From positions 1-60,352 of the forward strand of contig NIVC01004109.1 in the NCBI GenBank assembly GCA_002269645.1: DNA of 60,352 nucleotides, written 5' to 3'. The notes below the pieces were generated by a model. It made no database searches. It was not told where the DNA came from and worked only from the letters and a program-made list of their open reading frames with translations. The DNA comes from Macrostomum lignano. Taxonomy: Eukaryota. Positions 13,096 through 48,561 of the stretch are shown here, piece by piece. Each line of letters opens with the position of its first letter. Position 1 is the first letter of the stretch. The position numbers and the translations under genes are program-made.

Positions 13096-14024
13096 CCCTT
13101 CCACCTTACCCGACGGCCACCCTGGGCCTCTCTTGTCGACCAACTGTTTCACCAACCTGCCAGACCTGGGAGCCACTCCGACCGAACAAATTTTTGCAGC
13201 CATTGAGCAACGCTGCCCAGGTTCCTGCAACTACTACACGGATGGCTCGAACCGGAGGGGTCGAAAACGGCGGAGCCGCATGGACCCTCCTCGACCAAAA
13301 AAGCACCATCCGTCGCTGCGGGCACGCAGCAGCGGGTCGCTGGTGCAACTCCTATGAAGCTGAATTAATGGCCATCAAGCTCGTCCTGGAAGACATTATC
13401 AGCTCCGAGCCGCGCCAAGCTGTCATTCTAACCGACAGCCAGAGCGCCATCGCCGCCATCAAAGCTGACCGTCCAACCCTCAACCTGCGGCTTGAGCAAG
13501 TTAAAGATCTCCTCGCTACCGCAGCCATGCACACGAAGATTACCCTGCAATGAGTTCCGGGACATTCGGGAGTGCCCGGAAACTGGTCGACGCAGAGGCC
13601 AAGCTCGCGGCCACCCTGCCTCAGGACGAGTCCGAAATATCCCTTGCAGCCGCTCAAGAGCGCATCCGTCATCATCTCAAGTACCGCCCGACCCTTCAAG
13701 GGCACATGGCCGAGGTCTACGGTAAACCGATCTCCTTCCATCAGGGACCACGCCGCCAACAAATCCTCGTGGCGCAGGTCAGAGCAGGCCACTGCCCTGA
13801 CTCCAACTACTATCGCAACCGCACAGGCATCACCGAAGGCGGCCCCTGCCGACTTTGCCTGGATGTCACGGACCAATTCCACCTCTGTACCTGCCCTAAG
13901 CTCGAAGCAATTCGACGCAACATCGGCGTCACTAATCTGAGCGACTTTGCACGTGGTGATATGGTGGCGCAGCTCCTGGGAGCCGTCGACTGGCGGCCCC
14001 TGTGAGATGCTCACCGCAAACAAC

Positions 14025-14058
<34 letters not shown>

Positions 14059-14072
14059 ACAGCAACAACAGC
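13096..14072 (+). mobile_element. 5'-truncated degenerate copy of the Ingi-like family (RNase H + CCHC finger + (AAC)n tail)
   Basis: YYTDGS, ILTDSQSA, LQ*VPGHSG (TGG to TGA), CRLC..HLCTC, QLLGAVDWRPL*; collinear with about 46130-47070; flanked by CAA tracts on both sides. Confidence 0.9.
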
Positions 14073-16170
14073 AAAATACGTTGTCAGCCCGTCGTCAAGC
14101 GCGTTAGATAACTTCACGGTGCGTTTCATGCAGCCCGAATCACATTTGGCCATAACCCGTGTGGGCACTGCTGCAATCAAGTCGTCCTTCCTGTACATAT
14201 TTCTGCTTCTGTCTTAATTGTTACCGCAGTCAACTTTTGGAGACCCGTTTTCTCTCTACTTCGGAGTGGTGGGTATTAGAATTGAGATTTTATGCAAATT
14301 ATATACCCCTTGATTCTACAGCCGTCAATTTCATCATTCATTAAAAAATGTGTGGACACACATGTACCAATGCGCTGTTTATTAGACACGTACGCAAGAA
14401 TTATTGTTTTCCATTTACGAAAAGGTTCCTTTCCTCTCATAAACATTTTTTGGAAAACATCTTTTTCGACAGGTAAAGTAACTGTCTGCAAACTATCGAT
14501 TTGCATGAATAATTATAATATATTTGCATTTTTTGCAATTCATTTTGCACTAAGCATTTGATACCGACACATTTACTAGGTTGCACACGCTGTACCGCCT
14601 GTACCGTACACGAGCGCAGGTATTTAATGTACGATTGATACATGTACAGCACAGACAGGCGGCAAACATCATTATAACAAATGAATGCTAACACTTTCAT
14701 AGCAAAAGTACTATTTGTACGAGTTATTTTATAACAAAGGAGACAGTGCGATCGATTTAGCAGTAAATTCGCTAAAAGTTCAGAAAATTCGCAAACACAA
14801 TGGATCAAATAACTTAAAGTACGTATCGCTCTTTTTTCTTAGTCGCATCGGCTTAGAGCTCGGGTGTTGTTATTAAAATTGAGTATTAAATTAACGATAT
14901 TAGTTAGCTATAGTAGCCCCCCTAAAACCCAATTGTGTCGCATTAGAGACAAAAGACGTGTGAATATGGCTGTACCATAGCAGTTTACACTAATATGTGC
15001 ATGTAGGGCGGTGTAGTGGTGACAAAGAAGGTTAAAAATTACAGGTTTACGTGGGACAGCTATTATAGGAGAGAGCAGAGACGCTTGTTAACGAAGGCAA
15101 TAGTTTAACTAGAATAGCAATACTAGGCAAGATGGGGATCACAATGGCAATTGCGAGTCTTATCACGGTGGAGCAACAGCTTACTTCCGCATTTTTAATG
15201 TCTTCGAACGGCACATTTCTTCCCACGATTCCCCATTAGTTTTTTAACATCAAACTCCCTAATACTCGTATCTGACCATTTGGACTTTGAGAAGCACGAT
15301 TTCCATCGATCGATCGGTAAACTGGGATATAAGTCCCTGTATACGGGTATAGACGTACTAAGGGTAACGATCGAGTAACTCAACTTCGAGGATAATCCAT
15401 ACATGGCTAAACACTTTGATTTGGACAAAAAGCGCAATATATTTTCCCAGAAATAGTTTGCTCCAAAATAGTACTCGCAATATCGTTTTCAACAAATATA
15501 CATTCTGAGTATTTTAGAAGCTGACGTTTGGTAATTTTCCCCTAATCCCATTGACGCTACAAAAGTAATTGTGCTACATTCGAAATGAGCATATTTAGTT
15601 TTCTGTCTATGTAGTGTAAAGCAATGGACATTAGCCCAAACAGTTTGTAACAGTTTGGAAAAGGACAAAACTGCAGAATTTTTTACCAATCATCCACCAG
15701 AATCCTTACAGATCCAATCAGGATAATTGTTTTTTAAGTTTACTCAGACTCCGTCACGATTAAATCGAGCATCGAACCGTCCATCTGGACAAACCTGATG
15801 GGAACCAAATGAAAATGAATGCGCGGCTTTAAGATCTAATCTCGACTGTGCAACAAGATGGCAAGGCAAGACTGTTTCCAGGAAAGGCAGGAAAGGTGCG
15901 ATCAGATGGCGAGCAGTTGGTTGGACAAACTTGTAAGCCCGGCATGGAGCAGTCTCCAGTGGGGGGGGGGGGCGGACATTGCACGGTGTGGCGACAAGGT
16001 CAGGCAAGAATGAGAAGCAACTTTCCAACAAAATTCGGGTGCTGAAAAAAGGCGTTACGCCTGTTCGTGCATGCATCAGCCAGCTTCCTAATTGCAGGTT
16101 AATAGGCAGGTATTTCGGAGTAGCTGACTGGTGAGCACTCAGAGCTAAGTTGGCTTCCGCAGCCCCATCG

Positions 16171-38115
<21,945 letters not shown>

Positions 38116-38624
38116 ATCTCAGTATTAAACCAATTTCACTGCCCCCCAAGGCAGTCCGAACTCCTTACTGACGAACAAAGATCACCGCTGCAACTGCAGT
38201 ATAAGCTCGGGGATTGATTTTTAGAAAATTAATAATTTAGGCTAAGCTTCAGCAAGAGAATCTGCACCCGTTAATTCGAGTTGTCTCGGCAACTCGGTAG
38301 CCGGGCGGAAGTTGAAAATTCAAGGCCTTGATAGTCTCCGTCAGCGCGCCCTCATTGGGACAGTCTGGCTGGACCAATTGGAGTGCGTGAATCCGAGGGG
38401 GGGAGGAGTCAGAGTTGAAGAATGGGCCTCGGCCTTCACGAGACAGTTGCTCTCCCTCTCCTCCCTCTCCGCCACCGTCAACTGGCATTTTCTGGCATTC
38501 CTCTCCAGCCCTGCAGCCGGATCCAGGGGACCGCGGGATGTCGAGCTTTCCTTCCTGGTCTGGGGAAATATTGGGCATGCAGCAGCGGGAATGTGAACTG
38601 GGGGGGGGTACATCTCGGTTGTGT

Positions 38625-39620
38625 CTGTCAGGATCATGTGTGTCTGTCTGGGTGATTTGTGTCTGTCTGGGTGATTTGTGTCTGTCTGGGTGATTTGTGT
38701 CTGTCTGGGTGATTTGTGTCTGTCTGGATGATTTGTGTCTGTCTGGGTGATTTGTGTCTGTCTGGGTGATTTGTGTCTGGGTGATTTGTGTCTGTCTGGG
38801 TGATTTGTGTCTGTCTGGGTGATTTGTGTCTGGGTGATTTGTGTCTGTCTGGGTGATTTGTGTCTGTCTGGGTGATTTGTGTCTGTCTGGGTGATTTGTG
38901 TCTGTCTGGATGATTTGTGTCTGTCTGTGTGATTTGTGTCTGTCTGGGTGATTTGTGTCTGGGTGATTTGTGTCTGTCTGGGTGATTTGTGTCTGTCTGG
39001 GTGATTTGTGTCTGTCTGGGTGAGTTGTGTCTGTCTGTGTGATTTGTGTCTGTCTGGGTGATTTGTGTCTGTGTGGATGATTTGTGTCTGTCAGGATGAT
39101 GTGTGTCTGTCTGGATGATATGTGTCTGTCTGTGTAATTTGTGTCTGTCTGGATGATTTGTGTCTGTCAGGATCATGTGTGTCTGTCTGGATGATGTGTG
39201 TCTGTCTGGGTGATTTGTGTCTGTCTGGGTGATTTCCGTCTGTCTGGATGATTTGTGCCCGTCTGGGTGCTTTGTGTCTGTCTGGGTGATTTGTGTCTGT
39301 CTGGGTGATTTGTCTGTTTGCGTGATTTGTGTCTGTCTGGGTGATTTGTGTCTCTCTGTGAGTGTTTTGTGTCTGTCTGGATTTTCGTTGTCTGTAGAGG
39401 ATTTCAGCTGTCTGGTTGTCGGGGATTTCAGCTGTCTGGTTGTTGGGGATTTCAGCTGTCTGGTTGTCGGGGATTTCAGCTGCCTGGTTGTTGGGGATTT
39501 CAGCTGTTTGGTTGTTGGGGATTTCAGCTGTCTGGTTGTTGGGGATTTCAGCTGTCTGGTTGTTGGGGATTTCAGCTGTCTGGTTGTTGGGGATTTCAGC
39601 TGCCTGGTTGTTGGGGATTA
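38625..39620. repeat. 19-bp (tgtctgtctgggtgatttg)n to about 39350, then 24-bp (ggggatttcagctgtctggttgtt)n, about 9 copies
   Basis: Direct reading. Confidence 0.93.
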
Positions 39621-40244
39621 TATCAAACGCGAATGGGAGTCGCCAGCTCTAGGATTAGGACTATATGTGGAGCTAAGTCCTTAAGCGTATCAGAAAGTTT
39701 TCAGTTAGTATTTGAAAGGCTCAAATATAACGAACTATTTTTCTGGTTCGGCAGTAAACACACAAGACAGCAAGACTTCCTGCCGGTTCTCTTGGGAGGC
39801 AGAGGTGGGGCAAAAATGTCAATAGAAGATGAAGCTAACAGAAATGGAAGAAAAGTGAGGCGGGCGGGTGAAAAAAACAGGAGGCTGCAAGCGCCAGAGG
39901 ATTATTCTATGTGGAGCGGAGGGTCATGGAGTGCAGCAAATACGATCGCCCGTCCCACCATTCGATTCGGGAGGGGGGGGGGTCACTGACCCTGACACTG
40001 CATGAGCCCGGTCGGTCCTAGGTGGCCCCCGTGGGGGTCTCAGTAACGGGCGGATCTGTAGAGAGAGAGAGAGCCATTTTGCCAAAGACTGACAGGTCAA
40101 ATATGATGTCGGCTTATGGCTAGGCTAACGTCTGCATATCTCCTGTCTGATGTGAGATGAGCTTATCGGCATCGCGACAGGGGCTGCTCAGCTAGCTGAG
40201 AAGCTGGGCGCATTGGGTAGCTAAATGCATTGTGTTCGGAATAT

Positions 40245-41000
40245 GGTGTGTTTAAACTGGTGTATGTTTAAACTGGTGTGTTTACACTGGTGTATGTTAA
40301 AACTGGTGTGTTTACACTGGTGTGTTTAAACTGGTGTGTTTAAAGTGGTGTGTTTACACTGGTGTGTTTACACTAGTGTGTTTAAACTGGTGTGTTTAAA
40401 CTGGTGTGTTTAAACTGGTGTGTTTAAACTGGTGTGTGTTTAAACTGGTGTGTTTAAACTGGTGTGTGTTTAAACTGGTGTGTGTTTAAACTGGTGTGTT
40501 TACACTGGTGTGTTTAAACTGGTGTGTTTAAACTGGTGTGTTTAAACTGGTGTGTGTTTAAACTGGTGTGTTTAAACTGGTGTGTTTACACTGGTGTGTT
40601 TACACTGGTGTGTTTAAACTGGTGTGTTTAAACTGGTGTGTTTAAACTGGTGTGTTTAAACTCGTGTATGTTAACTGGTGTGTTTAAACTGGTGTGTTTA
40701 AACTGGTGTGTGTTTAAACTGGTGTGTTTAAACTGGTGTGTTTACACTGGTGTGTTTACACTGGTGTGTTTAAACTGGTGTGTTTAAACTGGTGTGTTTA
40801 AACTGGTGTGTTTAAACTGGTGTGTTTACACTGGTTTGTTTAAACTGGTGTATGTTTAAACTGGTGCGTTTATGCTGGTGTGTTTAAACTGGTGCGTTTA
40901 TGCTGGTGTGTTTAAACTGGTGCGTTTAAACTGTTGTTTACATTGGTGCTCTTAAATTTGTTTGTTTTAAACTGGTTTGTTTAAACTGGTGCGTTTTTTT
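40245..41000. repeat. 14/16-bp minisatellite (tttaaactggtgtg)n
   Basis: Direct reading. Confidence 0.95.
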
Positions 41001-41617
41001 TAAACTATTGGATTTAAACCAATCCTACAGCAGAAGTCGTCTGTGTTAAAAAAATTAACCAAAATTGTACAAATTTATCAACTAAGCCTCACTTAAAATG
41101 TTATGCTATAACTAGGCTTACAGATTTTTCATTTATTTACTGCACACATCACGATATGAGCTTAAGACTCTAATTGTGCTTCCAGGTCAGAGTTTGGTTC
41201 TAGTTGAGAAACGCGGGCAAAATGTTGGACTATGGAATTTCTTTGAAAGCTTTTCAATGTCCCAGCTGAAGGATTAGAGTGGAATTAGGCTGCAAGTGTG
41301 TAAGCATCGATTGTAATAAATTGGCTTTACCGCTTTCAAGAGCAGCTTGTTTTCGAGCTTGTAAAGGCTCGTGTTATACTACTTAAGAGAAATTGTGCTG
41401 TCAAAGTTTGAGGGAAAATTGAGTTTCAGAATTTAGAGCATAAACTGAATTTAGAGCATTTTCTTATTTTTCTTATTATTTTCAATTATTTTCTTAGAAA
41501 CAAAGATTCCCGTCTTTCTGCTATCACTTAAGACGTTCTTGGGTGCACATTGATTGATTACTCGTACGTCTGTCACTGGCGCCTAAGGGGAGTGGCAGAA
41601 TTTGTTGTCTAGAGAAC

Positions 41618-42440
41618 TGTCTCTTGGTGGTCGTCACTGTCTCTTGGTGGTCACCACTGTCTCATGGTGGTTGCCACTGTCTCTTGGTGGTTGCCACTGT
41701 CTCATGGTGGTCGCCACTGTCTCTTGGTGGTCGCCACTGTCTCTTGGTGGTCGCCACTGTCTCTTGGTGGTCGCCACTGTCTCTTGGTGGGCGCCACTGT
41801 CTGTTGGTGGTCGCCACTGTCTGTTGGTGGTCGCCACTGTCTCATGGTGGTCGCCACTGTCTCTTGGTGGATGCCACTGTGTCTTGGTGCTCACCACTGT
41901 CTCATGGTGCTCACCACTGTCTCATGGTGGTCGCCACTGTCTCATGGTGGTCGCCACTGTCTCATGGTGGTTGCCACTGTCTCATGGTGGTCACCACTGT
42001 CTCATGGTGGTCGCCACTGTCTCTTGGTGGTTGCCACTGTCTCTTGGTGGTCGTCACTGTCTCTTGGTGGATGCCACTGTCTCTTGGTGGTTGCCACTGT
42101 CACATGGTCGCCACCATTTTGGTGGATGCCACTGTCTCATGGTGGTCGCCACTGTCTCTTGGTGGATGCCACTGTCTCATGGTGGTCGCCACTGTCTCTT
42201 GATAGGCGCCACTGTCTCTTGATAGGCGCCACTGTCTCTTGATAGGCGCCACTGTCTCTTGGTGGTTGCCACTGTCTCTTGATGGTCGCCACTGTCTGTT
42301 GGTGGTCGCCACTGTCTGTTGGTGGTCGCCACTGTCTCATGGTGGTCGCCACTGTCTCTTGGTGGTCGCCACTGTCTCATGGTGGTCGCCACTGTCTCTT
42401 GGTGGTTGCCACTGTCTCATGGTGGTTGCCACTGTCTCAT
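41618..42440. repeat. 20-bp minisatellite (gccactgtctcttggtggtc)n, about 41 copies
   Basis: Direct reading. Confidence 0.96.
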
Positions 42441-43182
42441 AGTTAAATTGCTGCTTGAAGGCCCTGTGCTATATCATGTGTGTAGCAGCAGACGCAGACG
42501 CATTTTACTCGAAAATCGCTAACCGAATATCTATAAAGCAAAAATTATTGCTGCAAGATTAGGGAGGGAAGGGGCCTATACCGGCGTTTTATTGCATCGC
42601 ATCTGCAGAATCCTGCATTACGTATTATTAGTTAGGTATATATTATATCGAATATTATTATAATAAAGCATCGGTGCTGCGTCCAATAAAATGAGGAGCA
42701 ACCCAGACTAGTTTAGCTTGCTCGATAGTTTCACAGCAATGTTTCCATGCGGAAATATTAATGTTACAATCGGTATAAGGCAAAGACCTGTAAACTTTAA
42801 ACCAGTTTCATACACCGGGAAACAAAGGCATTTCATCGAAGCTTCGCAAGGGGAAGTGTTGTTAGCCATACACGCAACAAGCAGACTGCTATCTAATTCT
42901 ACTTGGCTTTACGATGCATATAGTACTCGTATATTTATACGTACACTCCGAGATTACGATTATAAAAGCGTTTAGCGTTTGACTTTTTCGTAAAGGAATT
43001 AAGGTTTCCATGTATCCAAAACCTGTCGAAAAAAATTGCTCACTAAAACCGTAGAGGCTAAGGTGGTGCTCGATCTCAATGCTTTAGAAAATTATGCGCT
43101 AACAGAAATGTTACATCGCATTTTGTATCGCATTGCTTTGCGTCATCTTAAAACAGCAACAAAAACAACAACAGCAGCAACA

Positions 43183-46100
43183 CCAGGTGCCTGTGCTTGC
43201 ACCCAGGCCACCCGGGATCAGATTAAACGCGAAATCAGCAGGGGAATGTGGCGCTGCCCTCCTTGCTCGAAAGCAGCCAGCCTTAGTCCACCCTCCCCCA
43301 CGGGCTCGGACCCGACCATCCCTAGGCGCGGCCGCTCGGCTCCCGGCTGGGACAGCTCGAAACCGACCTTAACCATTCTGCAATGGAACGCCGACGGGAT
43401 CTGCAACAAGATGGGGGAGCTGGAGGAACTCGCTCAGAGACTTCAGGTCGATATCATCACCGTCCAGGAGTCCAAGCTCATGTCGCTAAATCGAACCCCT
43501 AAGTTGCCAGGCTATATCACCGTTCGCAAGGACCGCAAAGTAGCTAGGCTCGACCCCAGCATCAAAGGAGGTGGCCTGTTGCTTTTCGTCCGCCAAGGCA
43601 TTCCGTATCGTAAAATCCAGGGCTGGAACGGCGGCACCACTGAAGGGAGCCGTATCGTCGTGAACACGTCCGCCCGCGACAGACTTATCATCACCAATAT
43701 TTATCGCCCCCGATCCGGCGTATCGAAGGCGAGGACCACCGCGAGCATCCTAGTGTCGACAGCTGGCTCCGCTGCCACCACCGCGAGATCATCACGGGCG
43801 ACTTTAACCTGCACCACCCATCCTGGGGGAGCGACGCCGATCAGGGCCGGGACAGCCTGCCTCAATCCCGTTGCCTTATCAACTGGTGTTCCTCTACCAA
43901 CTACCGGATACTCAACTCCGGAGCTCACACCTGCATTGACCGTCACTCAGGGCGCTCCAGCGCTCCCGACCTCTCCATTGCCAGCCAGGAGATCGCCCCC
44001 CCGCTGCACCTGGTCCACTCTCAATGAACTTGGATCGGATCACAAACCTATCCTGATCTCTATCAGCACTGCTCGGGACACTCTTCGAGCGACACCCAGA
44101 TTCCACTGGGCTTGGAAGAAAGCCGACTGGTTTCAGTTCAGGTCCATTCTCGAGGAAGACTGTGAACACCTCAACCAAGGTTCCATCAAGAAACAGGTCA
44201 GCCGGCTTACCAAAGGTATGCTCAAAGCGGCAGAACTGGCCATCCCGCGCAAAAAGGTCTCCATCAGAAATAAACCGTACTGGGATGACGAGCTGAGCAA
44301 ACTGCGTGATCATCGCAACGCTCTCCGTGAAGCCGCCGCCCCTCCTGAGGAATGGCGCGCTAAAAGCCAGGAGCTTATCAAGCGCTGCGGCGAAAAGAAA
44401 CATGAATTTTGGAAGGACTTTATCGGAAAAATGGCCGAATCCGAAGACCCCAAAAAGGTCTGGAACACCATCAAATGCCTTAGCAACGGCAAACAAGCGG
44501 CCCACCCTAATGAGAACCTGGTCGTAGATGGAAAGGAACTCTGTACCGACAAGGACAAGGCCAACGCCTTCGGCAGATATTATGAAGATATTAGCACTCT
44601 GAAGCACGACGCCACCCACCGCAAATTCAAGGTGCAAACGGCTACTCGCCTAGCCTCCTATGAGGCGGACGACGACAACTATCGCCGTGACTTCACCGAG
44701 GGTGAACTGCTCAGAGCTCTCGACAGACTTGATCCAAGCAAGAAATGCGGCCCCGATGGCATTGAAGCAGCGTTCTTTCTGCACCTGCCCGACCGCTGGA
44801 GAGCCGCGTGGCTCAAGGTCTTCAACCGCTGTTGGCGCACTGGACACTGCCCTGGCCCCTGGAAGCAAGCTATCATCATTCCTCTGCTCAAGGAGGGCAA
44901 GGACCCCAAGGATCGAAGCAGTTACAGACCAGTTAGCCTCACTTCCATCTGCTGCAAAATTCTCGAAAGACTCATTCTGGACCGCCTCTACTACTGGCTG
45001 GAGCGACATAGAAAGATTCAACGTTGGCAAGCCGGCTTCCAACGAGGCCGGGGCTGCGAGGAACAGGTCGCCCGCCTGGTCCAGGCCATTCAAGACGGTT
45101 GGGAGCGCAACCCGCATCTCGAAACCCTTGCCGTGCTCATTGACTGCTCCAGAGCGTTTGACAGAGTCTGGAGGGCCCGACTCCTCGCCCGGATGATGGA
45201 CGAGGGCCTTCCCGCCTGTATGGACAAATGGTTTGACAGCTTCCTTGAGGGCCGCCAAATTGCCGTTAGAATCGGCGCGACCACCGGAAAATGGCGCCGG
45301 CTCCGTGAGGGAGTCCCGCAAGGGGCTGTCAGCTCGCCGGCCCTCTTCCTTCTCTACGTTAATGCCTGGTCCGACTACATGACGGCGAATGTCGAATATA
45401 GCGGCTACGCGGACGACATCGCACTCTGGACGACGGGCCGTGACATCCGTGAGCTTCTTGCTCGCACTCAAGATGCGCTCCAGAAGATCGAACAGTGGGC
45501 AGATCACCTGCGCATTGACCTTAATCCATCCAAGACCGAATGCTGCCTCTACAGCAGGGACCGCGCCGACCGCGACCGCGCTCTTCACCTCTCGCTGAAT
45601 GGCCACTCGATCCCCTCCAAGAAAGAACTGAAGTTCCTCGGGGTGTGGATAGACCATGGCCTCCTTTTCGACAAGCAATCCAACGCGGTCAAAGAGAAGA
45701 TGGCACGCAGAACCGCCATCATCCGCGCGCTCGCCCATCGCGAATGGGGCTGGGACCGCGCCCTGCTCCTCCGGGTTTATCGAGCACTCGTCGAATCTGT
45801 GGTCTGGCACGCTGCTGCTGCCTGGACTCCATGGCTGTCCAGTACCCGCCTCAACGACCTGGACCGCGCTCAAAGAGAAGCCCTCAGAGCCATCACGGGA
45901 CTGCCACGCTCGACACCGGTGGAAGCCATCTATATGGAAACCAACGTCAGTCCGATCAGCTTCGAAGCCCGCCGTAGGGCCCTGATGGCCTACGAAAAAG
46001 CAAACCGCCGCCCGGCCGACGATCCGTTCCGGCAGATCTGCGACAGGCAACTCAACATCCGGCTAGCGGCCAACAAAGGGCTACGAGAGCAAGCCAGAGC

Positions 46101-47079
46101 CATCTGCAACGCTATGATCCCTCTCCCGCGTCTGCCCACACCAACGATCCGCAACCCCCCATGGGACTCGCTGGTTGATTGCGGGGTGCAGATGTTCACC
46201 AAACTCCCTAAGCATGAAGGATCTGCGACCGAAGCTGTGCTCTCCGCGATTGAGCAGCGTTGTCCCGACGCAGCCCTCTACTTCACTGACGGTTCAGTCT
46301 CAGGAGGCACCACCAACGGGGGATCGGCCTGGATCCTCCTCCACAAAGAAGACGGCACCATCATCCGCAGAGGGCACGCGGCAGCTGCCCGATGGTGCAA
46401 TTCCTACGAGGCCGAGCTCCAAGCCATCACTCTCGCGCTCCAGGACATCATTGATTCCGCTCCCGCCTGCGCCGCCATCCTCACGGACAGTCAAAGTGCC
46501 ATTACCGCCATCCAAGCCGACCGGCCCACTCTGAACGCTAGGCTCGAGCTAGCGAAGACCCTCATCGTGACCGCGGCCCATAGGACCAAACTTACGCTGC
46601 TCTGGGTGCCCGGACACTCGGGGGTGCACGGCAATGAACTAGTCGACACTGAAGCTAAAATCGCCGCGACTCTCTGTCAAGATCAGGTGCTCATCTCGCT
46701 CCCCGCCTCCAAGGAGCGGATCTACCATCACCTTCGGTATCAGCCCGACCTGCCAGGACACCTGGAGGTTTACCGCACCCCGGTGTCCCCTGGAACGGGC
46801 ACTCGTCGGCAGCAGTCGCTTATATCCCAAGTCAGATCCGGCCATTGCCTAGAATCATCCTACTATCGTCACCGAACAGGCATCGCCGAAGGAGGGCCAT
46901 GCCGGCTATGCAATCAACCGACTGAGCAGTTCCATATTCTCCATTGCCCTAAGCTCGAACTTACTAGACGCACCATCGGCGTCACTAGCATTGGTGACCT
47001 TGCACGAGGAGAAGTGGTGGCGCAGCTCTTGGGGCCATCGACTGGCGGCCCCTTTGAGCTCATCTCCGCAAACAACAAC
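43183..47079 (+). mobile_element. Non-LTR retrotransposon, I group (Ingi-like): APE endonuclease, reverse transcriptase, RNase H, C-terminal CCHC finger; 5'-truncated, (AAC)n tail
   Basis: LQWNADG, GSDH (APE); SYRPVSLTS, QAGFQ, RAFDRV, GVPQGAVSSP, YADDI (RT); YFTDGS, LTDSQSA, WVPGHSG (RNase H); CRLC..HILHC. 19-bp duplication aacaacaacagcagcaaca at 43164-43182 and 47080-47098. N-terminal WRCPPC looks like the end of a PHD finger. Clade assignment is inferred from domain order. Confidence 0.93.
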
Positions 47080-47099
47080 AACAACAACAGCAGCAACAA

Positions 47100-48561
47100 C
47101 AAAATACGCGTTCAGCGTCACAGGGCGCGCCTCAGGGCCAGGTCGCGAACGAACGCCACGCCGCCGGCTGAATCCGGGGCGCCGGCGTCAGCCAGCAGGC
47201 AGTGCGATCTCAACGACGCAGGCGGGATCTGCCGCTTCCTCCGGGGGGTGGGCCGACTTCTCGGCCGGCCAAGCCCCCAGCCGCCTGCCGAGAGAGAGAG
47301 CACCTCCTGCACCGTCTGTGGGCATACGTCTCGGCGCGGATGATGTGGCCTGCCAGCTGGAGTCGACAACGCAACAAGTCGCTTGGACGGACCAGGCCGG
47401 CGCGGTGATACAAATCCACGTCGGTCACTCGCTCGTAGCCGATCTTGAAGGCGGCGCGCAGCAGGCCAGCATGCGCCGCGTCAACTTGTTGCTCGAGCGA
47501 ATCCGTCAGCGTCCAGGTCTCGGCGTTGTACAGCAGGACGGTCTCAATCACCGCCTGGAACGACAGCCCTCACAGAACGAAAGGCAGCCCAGGCAAGCCC
47601 GCGGCAACGCCGCAAAACCAGACCGCCAATTTAGACGAACTGGTGACAGCGCAGAAACTCTGTCGCATACCCATCAGCGCATCGGCACAAAATCGCAGTC
47701 TCGATGTCGTCCGGCACGCAGAGCACGACGGTTTTCTGCGTGTTGACCACCAGGCCGACACTCGCCGCAACAAAAACTAGCTTGTCTAGTTGTCGTTGGG
47801 CGCCCTCGAGAGTTGAGGAGAGCAGGGCAAGATCGTGGGCGTAGCCAAGCACGCTGAGCCGCCTCTCCAGTTGACGTCGACCCACGCGTCGCCGCAACAG
47901 AAAGCCGTCGTCGTTGGTAGAAAGAGCGGTCCGCGGCACCCAGACGAGCACCAGAACGAACAGGAACGGCGCAAGCGTATCTCCCTGAAGCACCCCGGAG
48001 GATGTCTCAAAGAAGTCCGATAGGCCGTCCAGTGTTGAAACAGCAGCTGTCGTATCACGGTACATCGTCATGATGGCGGAACTCAGCTGCTCTGGCACGT
48101 TGTACGCACGGAGCACCTTTGGGAGCACAGAACTGACGACCGAGTCGAATGCTTCTTAAAATCTACATGTATGAAGATAGCAATCAGGATCGACTGGAGT
48201 ATTCGTGCTTCCTCGATGACTCACCAGAGAGCCAGAATCTGCGTCACCATGCCTTGATGGGGCCGGGCCGGAAGCCGTTCTGCTCAGGACGCAGGTACGG
48301 ATCCAGCACGGGCTGCAATCGCGATAACAGCATCCGGTTGAACAACTTCGCAGCGCAGGACTGAAGGCCTCGATGCTCCACAAGCCTTGTGGTGCCCGGC
48401 TTCTTAGGAACTGCGACGAGTGCGCCGTGGTCCATTCGTTGGGTGCCTCCTCACCGAAGAGCACGCGATTCATCACTCTGGCGACCTCACTTGCCCACAC
48501 AGTGGATGCACAGCGCCTCGATGGGCACCTCGTCCTGGCCTTGTCACCTTAATGGGCACCT
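47100..48561 (-). mobile_element. 5'-truncated, decayed RTE-like non-LTR retrotransposon; its (TGT)n tail continues at 43153-43182 beyond the nested element
   Basis: Frameshifted RT pieces: DEVPIEAL, RPEQNGFRPG, DFKKAFDSV, GVLQGDTLAPFLF, YAHD (for YADD), VLLYNAETWTLT. 12-bp duplication with one mismatch, cgtcatcttaaa (43141-43152) and cgtcatcctaaa (48562-48573), brackets the whole composite. Confidence 0.85.

Noticed and set aside
39980-40240. Possible ribozyme or structured RNA
   Set aside because: No hammerhead core (CUGAUGA...GAAA) with flanking stems and no HDV-like pattern found by eye.
43036-43182. N-terminal part of the 1435-aa ORF, and its extension past 47057
   Set aside because: Outside the TSD-defined element or read-through from a 1-nt indel into the tail and antisense RTE DNA.
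44650-46050. 466-aa and 241-aa antisense ORFs over the RT
   Set aside because: Shadow ORFs of GC-rich coding sequence; no motifs.
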